Source of the DNA: Halobacteriaceae archaeon
Lineage (GTDB): Archaea; Halobacteriota; Halobacteria; Halobacteriales; Halobacteriaceae
NCBI GenBank assembly: GCA_042216675.1
Contig: JBDGTS010000055.1
Coordinates: 1 to 39,032, forward strand
DNA length: 39,032 bases
Direction: 5' to 3'
The translations under genes were made by a program, and so were the position numbers. Positions 18,338 through 27,558 of this stretch are shown in pieces. Each line of letters opens with the position of its first letter. Positions within the stretch are counted from its first letter, which is position 1. Below the pieces are notes generated by a model. That model was not told the DNA's origin and searched no databases. It was given only the letters and a program-made list of their open reading frames with translations.

Positions 18338-18958
18338 ATGGCTGACCTGTTGCCCGGACTCTCGGAAGTCGAGGACGAGGACCCCGACCCCCGGGTCCTC
18401 GGACTCGACAGCGACGACGCCGACGAGGTGTTGGGAGCACTCTCGGCCGGAACCGCCCGGTCGCTGCTCACCGCCGTCCACGAGGACCCCGCCACGCCCT
18501 CCGAACTCGCGGAGCGAGCGGACACCTCTCTCCAGAACGCGCAGTACCACATCGAGAAACTCGAAGACGCCGACCTCATCGAGGTTCGGGGGACGCGCTA
18601 CTCCGAGAAGGGCCGCGAGATGAACGTCTACGGTCCGACGGACCGACCGCTGGTGCTGTTCGCCGGCGGCGACGACGAAGGGCGGAGCATCCGCGACGCG
18701 CTCCGCAGTTTCATCGGCGCCGTGGGCGGCCTCGCCATCGGGAGTCTCCTCGTGCAGGTGGCGCTTCGCGGCGTTCCGTCGCTCGGCGGGGGTGGGGGTG
18801 CAGGCGCGGGCGGTGCGGGCGGCGACACGGGGCCCGCCCTCCAGAGCACCGACGCGGCCAGCAACGCCGCCTCGTCGCTCCCGCCGGGACTGCTCTTCTT
18901 CCTCGGCGGCCTGCTGGCGTTGTCGCTCGTCATCGGATGGCGCGCCGTGCGTGACTAA
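18338..18958 (+). CDS. ArsR-family HTH regulator with two C-terminal transmembrane helices
   Basis: PATPSELAERADTSLQNAQYHIEKL...YSEKGREMNVY wHTH; two hydrophobic segments joined by a Gly-rich linker. Confidence 0.88.
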   Translation: MADLLPGLSEVEDEDPDPRVLGLDSDDADEVLGALSAGTARSLLTAVHEDPATPSELAERADTSLQNAQYHIEKLEDADLIEVRGTRYSEKGREMNVYGPTDRPLVLFAGGDDEGRSIRDALRSFIGAVGGLAIGSLLVQVALRGVPSLGGGGGAGAGGAGGDTGPALQSTDAASNAASSLPPGLLFFLGGLLALSLVIGWRAVRD

Positions 18959-19013
18959 AATCGGCGTTTTATCCAACGGCGGCTATATGGTGTGGCCGAG
19001 ACACACACGTACT

Positions 19014-19080
19014 GGAGGCGCCCCCGCCTCCCCCCGCTGCTTCGGCCCTCCCCCGGTCCCCGGCGTCCCCCCACCCCCCT
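19014..19080 (+). ncRNA. Candidate C-rich small RNA
   Basis: TATATG at 18984-18989 with no ORF following; hairpin GGAGGCG-CCCC-CGCCTCC starting at the expected TSS, then C-runs. Confidence 0.3.
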
Positions 19081-19604
19081 CACTCGCCGCTCTCGTCAGG
19101 GGCCGGAACGTCCACTTCGCGCAGTATCTCGCCGTCGACGGTGCGAATCGTCCCGCTGAGCCCGTCGTCCACGGTGAGTTCGGCGTGGCTCCGCGGTCCG
19201 CCCCGCGGCGCGTCGTGACTCCCCGGATTCAACAGCACTGGGTCCGCGCCGGCGACGGCCGGGCGGTGCGTGTGCCCGGAGACGACGAGGTCCGCACCGC
19301 GTTCGCGCCCCAACAGCGCCAGCGCCGTCTCCCCGCCCCGTTTCCGGTGGGTCATGGCGACGGTGACGTCGCCCAGCGCCACCGTCCGCGCCGAGGGGAG
19401 GCGGTCGCGGACGCCCGCCGTGTCGCGGTTCCCGTGAACGGCTGAGAGGCGCGCGTCGAGGCCGTGGAACGCGTCGAGGACGGCCGTCGTCGTGAAGTCG
19501 CCGGCGTGGAGAATCACGTCGGCGTCGGCGACCGCCGCCGCGGCGCGCCCGTCGAGGCCGGTGCCCTCCGAGCGGTGCGTGTCGGAGAGGACGACGACGT
19601 TCAC
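19080..19604 (-). CDS. Metallophosphoesterase (YfcE/MJ0936-like)
   Basis: SDTH, HAGD, VHGNRD, SGHTH, NPGS motifs. Confidence 0.92.
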   Translation of the reverse strand: MNVVVLSDTHRSEGTGLDGRAAAAVADADVILHAGDFTTTAVLDAFHGLDARLSAVHGNRDTAGVRDRLPSARTVALGDVTVAMTHRKRGGETALALLGRERGADLVVSGHTHRPAVAGADPVLLNPGSHDAPRGGPRSHAELTVDDGLSGTIRTVDGEILREVDVPAPDESGE

Positions 19605-19984
19605 AGGAGGACCACCCCGAGAGCGGTGACGAGGCCGGCGACGACGACGGCCGCGACGGCGGCGTCGCGGTGGAGGTGCCGGGCGGCCACCTTGTCGGCC
19701 GCGCGGGCGTCCGCGTCCGTGACGGTGCCGCTCTCGTCGCCCACGTCGTAGCGGCCCTGTAGGGCGAACCCGGTACAGAAGGCGCGGCGGGCCTGCAGAT
19801 AGCCGAGAAACGCGCCGAACAGCGGTCCCACAGTGGCGAACAGGGCCACGGGAGGCCAGTCGAGGACGACGACGGCCGCGGCGAGGACGACGGCCGCCAC
19901 CGCCGCGACGCCCCCGACGGCGAGGCGCTTCCGTCGCTCGCGCCCGCCGATGTTACACTGGCCGGGTCGGTAGGTGTCTGCCAT
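19601..19984 (-). CDS. Hypothetical membrane protein
   Basis: MADTYRPGQCNIGGRERRKR...LQARRAFC; three hydrophobic segments; GTGA overlap with the downstream gene. Confidence 0.75.
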   Translation of the reverse strand: MADTYRPGQCNIGGRERRKRLAVGGVAAVAAVVLAAAVVVLDWPPVALFATVGPLFGAFLGYLQARRAFCTGFALQGRYDVGDESGTVTDADARAADKVAARHLHRDAAVAAVVVAGLVTALGVVLL

Positions 19985-20062
19985 GGCCGCGCGTTGGAGC
20001 GCCGTGGTGTTGAGGGTTCGCCTCGGGCAAGGCCTTTGAGGTGGCCGGCGCAACTGCGAGCG

Positions 20063-21004
20063 ATGGCAAGCAGCAAGAAGGTCGTTCTCGCCGCCCTGTT
20101 CGCGAACGGGGCCATCGCCCTGCTGAAGTTCGGCGGATGGGTCCTCACCGGCAGTCCGTCGATGCTGTCGGAGACGTACCACTCCGTCTCGGACACGGGC
20201 AATCAGGTGTTTTTGCTCATCGGCCTGCGCTACGGCGAGAAAGAGCCGAGTCGGGGACACCCCTTCGGCTACGGCAAGGCCCAGTTCTTCTACGCATTCC
20301 TCGTCTCCGTGTTCCTCTTTGGCATCGCGGGGTGGGAGAGCGTGAGCCACGGGGTCCACGCGCTCCAGCATCCCGAGCCGGTGGGGGCGGGCGAGTCGAC
20401 GCTCCTCGGCGTCACGTTCCCGACCGTCTACGTGAACTACGCGGTGTTGCTCGGCGCCATCGCCTTCGAGTCCTACGCGTTCCGGGCGGCGCTGGCGAAC
20501 ATGAAAAACCAGATCAAGCGCCACGGCTGGACCGGCATGCGGCAGGCGTTCCGCCGGACGAGCAACGTCACCGTGCTGACCGCGCTGACCGAGGACGCGG
20601 TGGCGCTCGGCGGCGCGGCCATCGCGCTGGCCGGCATCGCGCTCTCGAAGGCGACCGGTGACCCCATCTACGACGCCGTCGGCGCCCTCCTCATCGGCCT
20701 CCTGCTGATGGGCTTCGCGCTGGCGCTGGCGTGGGAGAACAAGCGCCTCCTCCTCGGCGAGAGCGTCGCCTCCGAGGACGAGGACCTGCTCCGCGACGCC
20801 ATCGCGTCCCACGAGAGCGTCGTCCACGTCGACGACCTGCGGAGCGTCTTCTTCGGGCCGGAGCGCCTGCTGGTCACCGCGGACGTGAGTTTCGACTCGT
20901 CGCTCGTCACCGGCGACATCGACGGGGAAATCACGGCCATCGAGGAGGAACTGAAGGCCGTCGACGACCGGGTGAAGACGGTGTACATCGAACCGGAGCT
21001 GTGA
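20063..21004 (+). CDS. Cation diffusion facilitator (CDF) transporter
   Basis: SETYHSVSD, HPFGYGK, TEDAVA motifs and a cytoplasmic C-terminal domain. Confidence 0.92.
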   Translation: MASSKKVVLAALFANGAIALLKFGGWVLTGSPSMLSETYHSVSDTGNQVFLLIGLRYGEKEPSRGHPFGYGKAQFFYAFLVSVFLFGIAGWESVSHGVHALQHPEPVGAGESTLLGVTFPTVYVNYAVLLGAIAFESYAFRAALANMKNQIKRHGWTGMRQAFRRTSNVTVLTALTEDAVALGGAAIALAGIALSKATGDPIYDAVGALLIGLLLMGFALALAWENKRLLLGESVASEDEDLLRDAIASHESVVHVDDLRSVFFGPERLLVTADVSFDSSLVTGDIDGEITAIEEELKAVDDRVKTVYIEPEL

Positions 21005-21048
21005 GCGTCTGACGGAACGTTAAGGTGGGCCGGCGGAAACGAACGTCC

Positions 21049-21522
21049 ATGACTGACCTCACGCGACGACGACTGCTCTCGGGCGCGGCCGTCGGCGCCG
21101 CGTCGCTCGCTGGCTGTCTCGGCGGCAACGGCGGCGACTCCGACCCCACCACCGACGGGAGCGCGACGCCCACCGAGACGAGTGACGAGGGGTCGCGCCT
21201 CCGCTACATCGACATCCTCAACCGGGACGACGAGGCCCACACCATCCACGTACAGGTCGAACGCGCCGGCGAAGTCGTCTACTGGGGCGTCCACGACCTC
21301 GCGGCCGCGGGCGAGGGCGAGGCCGCCGGCGCGATGGTCGAGGAGCAGTGGGACAGCGGCGGCCCGTACACCATCGAAGCCCGCGTGGACGACGGCCCGG
21401 TACGCTCGGGGACGTACGCGACGGGGACCGGCGAGTGCGTCGCTGTCCTCGCACAAATCGACGGCGGTCGACTCTCCTTCTACCGCGACGAGGGGGCCTG
21501 CGGGACGACGACGGCCCAGTAG
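21049..21522 (+). CDS. Tat-exported lipoprotein
   Basis: MTDLTRRRLL...SLAGC twin-arginine signal plus lipobox. Confidence 0.82.
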   Translation: MTDLTRRRLLSGAAVGAASLAGCLGGNGGDSDPTTDGSATPTETSDEGSRLRYIDILNRDDEAHTIHVQVERAGEVVYWGVHDLAAAGEGEAAGAMVEEQWDSGGPYTIEARVDDGPVRSGTYATGTGECVAVLAQIDGGRLSFYRDEGACGTTTAQ

Positions 21523-21561
21523 CACCGAGAGTTTTAACGGTCGGACGCCCAACCAACGGAC

Positions 21562-23724
21562 GTGGCAGCCGACTACGCGGCGTTCTTCCCGAAGCCCGAC
21601 CCCTACGAGAATCAGGGCGCGGCGATGGACGACATCGCCGAAGCCCTCGACGACGGCCGCGACGTGCTCTTCGAGGGGGCCTGTGGCACCGGGAAGACGC
21701 TGGCCGCACTCGCACCGGCGCTGGCGCACGCCCGCGAAGCGGACAAGACGGTGGTCATCACGACGAGCGTCCACCAGCAGATGCGCCAGTTCGTCGCGGA
21801 GGCGCGCGACATCGCCGAGCAAGAGGACATCCGCGCCGTCGTCTTCCGCGGCAAGGGCTCGATGTGCCACATCGACGTGGGCTTCGAGGAGTGTCAGGTC
21901 CTGCGGGACAACACCCGGGACCTCGTGGAGGCGGAAACCGACGCCGCCCAACTCCGAGAGCGTGCGGACGAACTACTCGCCGCGGCCCGCGAGGGCGACG
22001 AGGAAGCCGCGGAAGCCCGGTCGGCCGTGATGGACGAACTCGACGCCGTCGAGGACGAACTCGACGAACAGGCCGACGCGGCGACGTGTGACCACTACCG
22101 GGAGAACCTCACCGCCGACACCGACGCCTTCTACTCGTGGCTGTTCGACGGCGTGCGCACCCCCGACGAGGTGTACGAGTGGGCCGGCGAACGCGGCATG
22201 TGCGGCTACGAACTGCTCAAGGACGGCATCGAGGGCGTCGATTTGGTCGTCTGCAACTACAATCACCTGCTCGACCCGGCGATTCGGACCCAGTTCTTCC
22301 GGTGGTTGGGCCGCGACCCCGAGGACGTCATCGCCGTCTTCGACGAGGCACACAACGTCGCCGACGCGGCCCGCGACCACGCCGCGACGACGGTGAGCGA
22401 ACGCACCCTCGACGGCGCCCTCGCCGAACTCGACGACACGGACGACCCGCGGGCCGACGCCGCGGCGAACGTCGTCGAGGCGTTCCGAGACGCCCTCGTG
22501 GCCACCTACGAGGACGAACTCGGATTCGGTGACCGCGAGGAAATCGGCGAGAACTGGACGGACGTGGTCGTGCGCAACGAAGACAGACGCGACGACGTGA
22601 CCCTCGCGTTCCTCGACCGGTACAGCGGCCGGGGCATCGGCCGGGACCTCGAACAGGCCGTCGCGCTCGGGTCGGACTTAGACGAGGAGTACGAGACGGC
22701 GTACAAGCGCGGCGAGACGACGACGAGAAAGGAGTGTCAAACCCTCCAAGCCGCGGAGTTCGTCCGCGAGTACGTCCGCGAGGGCGACGACGGTGGGCGC
22801 TACCCCGTCGTCGGCGTGCGCCGCGACGCCGGCACCGACGAGGTGTACGGCCGCGCGGAGCTGTACACCTGCATCCCCTCGCGGGTGACCCGGGACCTGT
22901 TCGACGACGTGTACGCGAGCGTCCTGATGAGCGCCACGCTCCGGCCCTTCGACGTGAGCGCCGACGTCCTCGGACTGGAGGACCCGGCGACGATGGCCTA
23001 CGGCCTAACCTTCCCCCCGGAGAACCGCCGCACCCTCGCCGTCGACGTGCCCGCGCTGTTCGCAAGCCGGCGCGACGACGGCGAGGTACAGGAGACGGTG
23101 GCCGGAGCGCTTCGGGACGCGATTCGGTTCACGCCCGGCAACGCCCTGTTCTTCTTTCCGTCCTACGCCGAGGCCGAGCGCTACCACGACTTGCTGGCCG
23201 ACGTGGACGCGACGCGCTACCTCGACGAACCGGGGACGCGCGCCGAGGAGTTGCGACAATCGTTCGTGGACGGCGACGACGGCGTTCTGTTCACCTCGCT
23301 GTGGGGTACGCTCGCCGAGGGCGTCAGTTTCGACGGCGACGACGCGCACACCGTCGCCGTCGTCGGCGTGCCGTACCCGCACCTCGACGACAGGGCCGAG
23401 GCCGTGCAAGAGGCCTACGACGACGCCTTCGACGGCGACGACGCCGGCTGGCGCTACGCCGTCGAGATTCCGACGGTGCGCAAGACGCGACAGGCCCTCG
23501 GACGGGTCCTCCGCTCGCCCGACGAGGTGGCGGTGCGGGCGCTCATCGACCGGCGCTACACCGAGGCGGGCGCCCGGGAGATGCCGGCCTACAGCGTCCG
23601 CGACGCCTTCCCCGAGGCCGAACGGGAGGAGATGGTCGACGTGGCGCCGACGAAACTCGGCTACGCGATGCTGAACTTCTACACCGACCGGGACGCGTGG
23701 CCGGGCGACCCGCCGACGCCCTAG
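21562..23724 (+). CDS. XPD/Rad3 (DinG-family) Fe-S DNA helicase
   Basis: Q motif PYENQ, GACGTGKT, Cys residues of the Fe-S domain, FDEAHN, MSATL, FFPSY, QALGRVLR. Confidence 0.92.
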   Translation: MAADYAAFFPKPDPYENQGAAMDDIAEALDDGRDVLFEGACGTGKTLAALAPALAHAREADKTVVITTSVHQQMRQFVAEARDIAEQEDIRAVVFRGKGSMCHIDVGFEECQVLRDNTRDLVEAETDAAQLRERADELLAAAREGDEEAAEARSAVMDELDAVEDELDEQADAATCDHYRENLTADTDAFYSWLFDGVRTPDEVYEWAGERGMCGYELLKDGIEGVDLVVCNYNHLLDPAIRTQFFRWLGRDPEDVIAVFDEAHNVADAARDHAATTVSERTLDGALAELDDTDDPRADAAANVVEAFRDALVATYEDELGFGDREEIGENWTDVVVRNEDRRDDVTLAFLDRYSGRGIGRDLEQAVALGSDLDEEYETAYKRGETTTRKECQTLQAAEFVREYVREGDDGGRYPVVGVRRDAGTDEVYGRAELYTCIPSRVTRDLFDDVYASVLMSATLRPFDVSADVLGLEDPATMAYGLTFPPENRRTLAVDVPALFASRRDDGEVQETVAGALRDAIRFTPGNALFFFPSYAEAERYHDLLADVDATRYLDEPGTRAEELRQSFVDGDDGVLFTSLWGTLAEGVSFDGDDAHTVAVVGVPYPHLDDRAEAVQEAYDDAFDGDDAGWRYAVEIPTVRKTRQALGRVLRSPDEVAVRALIDRRYTEAGAREMPAYSVRDAFPEAEREEMVDVAPTKLGYAMLNFYTDRDAWPGDPPTP

Positions 23725-24242
23725 GCCGGGAGCGAGACGCGGCCCGACGGCTCGCGGTACGTCGAGTCGAAGAACACCAACTGCTCGACGGTCCACCGCA
23801 CCGGGCCGACGGACTGGCCCTCCAGCCGTCGCGCCACGTCCGTCGACGTTTCGAGACCGAAGGAGGGCCCCTCCTCGTCGCCGCGCGCGAGGGTGACGTG
23901 GGGCACGTAGTCCTCGCCCTCCAGTCCGGGCACGGGGTCCACGACATCACAGAGTCGCTCGTGCGCCTCGCGGATGCCGGGACTCTCGACGGCGAGGTAG
24001 ACGACAGGCGACGACCCGGAGGTGGGCTCGTAGAACACGCCGATTTCGTCGATGCGCACCTCGAAGGGCGGCATGTCGGACAGCGCACGCCGCACGCGCT
24101 TCTCCGCGTCCGGTCCGCCGTGGTTCAGCCGCTTCACGAGGAGCGTGTAGGGGTCGCGGCGGTCCAACCCCCGGAGTTCCGGGGCCACCTCCTCGGCCAC
24201 CCGTTCGACGGCGGGCGGGAGGGGCACGTTCAGACTGTCCAC
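23721..24242 (-). CDS. 2H phosphoesterase (2'-5' RNA ligase family) protein
   Basis: C-terminal YVPHVTLAR; first motif reads PYTL rather than HxT. Confidence 0.8.
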   Translation of the reverse strand: MDSLNVPLPPAVERVAEEVAPELRGLDRRDPYTLLVKRLNHGGPDAEKRVRRALSDMPPFEVRIDEIGVFYEPTSGSSPVVYLAVESPGIREAHERLCDVVDPVPGLEGEDYVPHVTLARGDEEGPSFGLETSTDVARRLEGQSVGPVRWTVEQLVFFDSTYREPSGRVSLPA

Positions 24243-24279
24243 GTCGGTACTGGGGCGTCTGGCGGCAAAGGGGTTTCTC

Positions 24280-24471
24280 TCAGATGCGGTCGAGGAGCCA
24301 CAGCACGATGAGCAACAGCACGACGAGACCGATGAGCGGCCGGAACGGCCCCAACAGCCACCCCAGCGTGTGCAGGACCTCGCCGACGATTTCGAAGACG
24401 AGCCAGATGGCCACGAGGACGAGGATGATTTTCAGCAGGCTCTCGGCGTCGACGTCGGCGCGTGGGTCCAT
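24280..24471 (-). CDS. Small two-helix membrane protein
   Basis: 63 aa, LLKIILVLVAIWLV...PLIGLVVLLLIVLWLLDRI; TTAA box upstream. Confidence 0.78.
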   Translation of the reverse strand: MDPRADVDAESLLKIILVLVAIWLVFEIVGEVLHTLGWLLGPFRPLIGLVVLLLIVLWLLDRI

Positions 24472-24525
24472 GGTTCGGTATCGGCGAGCGCGAGATTAAG
24501 CGTTCGGGCCGGCCAGCGCCGTCCC

Positions 24526-24541
24526 GAAAGGCATTAATAAG
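24526..24541 (+). promoter_or_regulatory. BRE/TATA promoter of the arg leader and argG
   Basis: GAAAGGCATTAATAAG with TATA-like TTAATAAG at 24534-24541, 25 bp before the ATG at 24566. Confidence 0.7.
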
Positions 24542-24565
24542 CCCCGACGGAACGTTTTGCCAACG

Positions 24566-24652
24566 ATGACGCCCCCGGCATCCCACGGCACGGCGGCCGA
24601 CAGCCGGGGGGCCGTGTCTCTTCTCCGTCGGCGACGACCGGGGTCCCGATAG
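24566..24652 (+). CDS. Putative arginine-operon leader peptide (28 aa)
   Basis: MTPPASHGTAADSRGAVSLLRRRRPGSR*; four consecutive Arg codons at 24626-24637; ATG at the predicted TSS; directly upstream of argG. Confidence 0.65.
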   Translation: MTPPASHGTAADSRGAVSLLRRRRPGSR

Positions 24653-24729
24653 GACCCCCATCATCATTCTCACCACGTCGCCAGCCCAGTTCCGTTGATT
24701 GACCGCAGTTCCACCACCACACCACCACA

Positions 24730-25959
24730 ATGACAGACTCCACGAAAGTCGCGCTCGCCTTCTCGGGCGGGCTCGACACGACCGTTTGCGTCCCGCTGCT
24801 CGAAGAGGAATACGGCTACGACGAGGTCATCGGCGTCACCGTCGACGTCGGCCAACCCGCCGAAGAGTTCGACGAGGCCGAGGAGACGGCCGAGGCACTC
24901 GGCCTCGACCACTACGTCGTCGACGCGAAGGCCGAGTTCGCCGACCTCTGTTTCACCGGCGTCGCCGCCAACGCCGACTATCAGGGCTACCCGCTCGGGA
25001 CGGCGCTCGCGCGCCCCGTCATCGCGAACGCCATCCTCGACGTGGCCGAGGAGCAGGGCTGTAACGCCCTCGCGCACGGCTGCACCGGGAAGGGCAACGA
25101 CCAACTCCGCTTCGAGGCCGTCTGGCGCGCCACCGACATGGAAGTCATCGCGCCCGTCCGCGAACTCGGCCTCACCCGCGAGTGGGAACTCGAGTACGCC
25201 GAGGAGCGCGACCTGCCCGTCGAGGGCGGCAACGAGGGCGTCTGGTCCATCGACACGAACCTCTGGAGCCGTTCCATCGAGGGCGGGGATCTGGAGGACC
25301 CCGGCTACGTGCCCCCGGAGGACATCTACGACTGGACCGACCAGCCCGGCGAGGGCACCGAACTCGTCGACATCGAGTTCGAGGCGGGCGTCCCCGTCGC
25401 CGTCGACGGCGAGGAGATGGACCCCGTGCCGCTCATCGAGGAGTTGAACGAGCGCGCAGGTGCCCACGGCGTCGGCCGCACGGACATGATGGAGGACCGC
25501 ATCCTCGGGCTCAAGGTCCGCGAGAACTACGAGCATCCGGCCGCGACGACCCTGCTCACCGCCCACGAGGCGCTGGAGGGCCTCGTCCACACGAAGGCCG
25601 AGCGCACGTTCAAGCAGGACGTCGAGGCCGAGTGGGCCGAGTACGCCTACAAGGGCCTCGTCGACTCGCCGCTGATGAGCGCGCTGGAGGCGTTCATCGC
25701 GGAGACGCAGGAGACGGTGACGGGCACGGTGACGGTGAAGTTCGACGGCGGGCAGGCCCGCGCCGTCGCCCGCGAGAGCGAGTTCGCCGTCTACTCCGAG
25801 GAGGCCGCCTCCTTCAACACGGAGACGGTGGCCGGCATCGAGCAGTCCGACGCGACGGGCGTGGCGAAGTACCACGGCTTCCAGGAGCGGTTGGCCAACG
25901 CCGCGAAGGACCGCGCGCGTCCGGAACTGAGCACCGACGGGAGCGGCGACGACGAGTGA
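24730..25959 (+). CDS. argG: Argininosuccinate synthase
   Basis: AFSGGLDT, HGCTGKGNDQLRF, SIDTNLWSRSIEG motifs. Confidence 0.97.
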   Translation: MTDSTKVALAFSGGLDTTVCVPLLEEEYGYDEVIGVTVDVGQPAEEFDEAEETAEALGLDHYVVDAKAEFADLCFTGVAANADYQGYPLGTALARPVIANAILDVAEEQGCNALAHGCTGKGNDQLRFEAVWRATDMEVIAPVRELGLTREWELEYAEERDLPVEGGNEGVWSIDTNLWSRSIEGGDLEDPGYVPPEDIYDWTDQPGEGTELVDIEFEAGVPVAVDGEEMDPVPLIEELNERAGAHGVGRTDMMEDRILGLKVRENYEHPAATTLLTAHEALEGLVHTKAERTFKQDVEAEWAEYAYKGLVDSPLMSALEAFIAETQETVTGTVTVKFDGGQARAVARESEFAVYSEEAASFNTETVAGIEQSDATGVAKYHGFQERLANAAKDRARPELSTDGSGDDE

Positions 25960-25960
25960 G

Positions 25961-27415
25961 ATGACCGAGGACGGCCCGGGCGAGGACGTGGTGCGCCGGG
26001 AGCGCTTCAGCGGCGGCCCCGCACGCGAGTTCCTGTCGTCGCTCGCGGCCGACCGCCGCATCTTCGAGGCGGACCTCGCCGTGGACCGCGCGCACGTCGT
26101 GATGCTCGCGGAACAGGACGTCGTCGCAGACGAGGAGGCGGGCGACATCCTCGACGCCCTCGCTGGGGTCGAATCGGAGGGGCACGAGGCCCTGCCCGAC
26201 GGCGAGGATGTCCACGCCGCCATCGAGACGGCCGTCATCGACCGGGTCGGCCCCGTCGGCGGGAAGATGCACACCGCCCGCTCGCGCAACGACGAGGTGG
26301 CGGCCTGCATCCGCTACCGCCTGCGCGCGGACCTACTGGACGCGCTGGACGCGACGCTGGCGCTCCGCGAGACGCTGGCGAGCGTCGCCGCCGACCACAC
26401 CGAGACGCTGCTGCCGGGCTACACGCACCTCCAGCCGGCACAGCCGACGACGCTCGCGCACTACCTGCTGTCCTACGAGGGCGCCGTCGCCCGCGACACG
26501 GCGCGCCTGCTCGACGCCTACGACCGGACGAACCGGTCACCGCTCGGCGCGGCGGCGCTGGCGGGCACCCCCTTCGACGTGGACAGAGAACGCGTCGCCG
26601 ACCTCCTCGGCTTCGAGGCCGTCGTGGAGAACGCGATGGACGCGGCGGCGGGCCGCGACTTCCTGCTGGAGGCCGTCTCGGCGCTCGCGACGCACGCCAC
26701 GCACCTCTCGGGCATCGCCGAGGACCTCGTGGTGTACGCGAACAAGGGACTGGTGGACCTCGACGACGACTACGCCTCCACCTCCTCCATCATGCCCCAG
26801 AAGAAGAACCCGGACACGCTCGAGTTGGTCCGGGCGACGGCCGGCAACGCGGCGGGGGCGCTACAGGGCCTGCTGACGACCCTGAAGGGCCTGCCGCGTG
26901 CCTACAACCGCGACCTCCAGCGTGCGACGCCGCACGCGTGGACGGCCGTCGACGCCGTCAGCGACGCGACGGACGTGGTGGCGGGCGCCGTCGCCACCGC
27001 CGACTGGCCGGAGGACGCGATGGCCGAGGCGGCGGGCGAGGGCTTCTCGACGGCCACCGGCGTCGCGGACCTGTTGGCGATGCACGGCCTGCCGTTCCGG
27101 ACGGCCCACGAAATCGTCGCCGCGGCGGCCGAACGCGGGGCCGACGTGGAGGCCCTGAGCGAGGCGACGGAGGCCGTCGTCGGCGAACCGCTCGGGTCAC
27201 TCGTCCCCATCGAGGACGTGGAACGGGCGCTGTCCCCCGCCGAGAGCGTGGCGATGCGCGACTCGCAGGGCGGCCCGGCACCCGAGCGGACGGCCGCCGC
27301 GGCCGCGGACGCCCTCGACGCCGTCACGGCCGACCGCGAGGCGGTGACGGAGCGCCGGCGGGCACTCGACGACGCGCGCGAGACGCTTCGTGCGGAGGTG
27401 GCATCCTACTCGTGA
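25961..27415 (+). CDS. argH: Argininosuccinate lyase
   Basis: HTARSRND, GYTHLQPAQ, SSIMPQKKNP signature. Confidence 0.97.
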   Translation: MTEDGPGEDVVRRERFSGGPAREFLSSLAADRRIFEADLAVDRAHVVMLAEQDVVADEEAGDILDALAGVESEGHEALPDGEDVHAAIETAVIDRVGPVGGKMHTARSRNDEVAACIRYRLRADLLDALDATLALRETLASVAADHTETLLPGYTHLQPAQPTTLAHYLLSYEGAVARDTARLLDAYDRTNRSPLGAAALAGTPFDVDRERVADLLGFEAVVENAMDAAAGRDFLLEAVSALATHATHLSGIAEDLVVYANKGLVDLDDDYASTSSIMPQKKNPDTLELVRATAGNAAGALQGLLTTLKGLPRAYNRDLQRATPHAWTAVDAVSDATDVVAGAVATADWPEDAMAEAAGEGFSTATGVADLLAMHGLPFRTAHEIVAAAAERGADVEALSEATEAVVGEPLGSLVPIEDVERALSPAESVAMRDSQGGPAPERTAAAAADALDAVTADREAVTERRRALDDARETLRAEVASYS

Positions 27416-27501
27416 CCCTAGTACCACATACCTGATACGTTCAGGGGAAACCCGCGGTTGCGAGCGTCTGTACGCCGATAGCGGCGGCTGTGAAACACAT
27501 A

Positions 27502-27530
27502 TTTTTTCTGGTACTTTCGACACCCTTAAG
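27502..27530 (+). promoter_or_regulatory. T-tract after argH and internal promoter for lysW(argW)-argF
   Basis: T6 at 27502-27507 and CTTAAG at 27525-27530, ~29 bp before the lysW ATG at 27559. Confidence 0.55.
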
Positions 27531-27558
27531 TGAACGCCGAGGGAACGTGGAGACACGT

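Noticed and set aside
27490-27558. N-terminal extension of LysW in the ORF track (and similar extensions of rpl39e, serA, thrC, argC, argE)
   Set aside because: These extensions run through promoter DNA or the upstream gene; downstream ATGs match family N-termini and TATA spacing.
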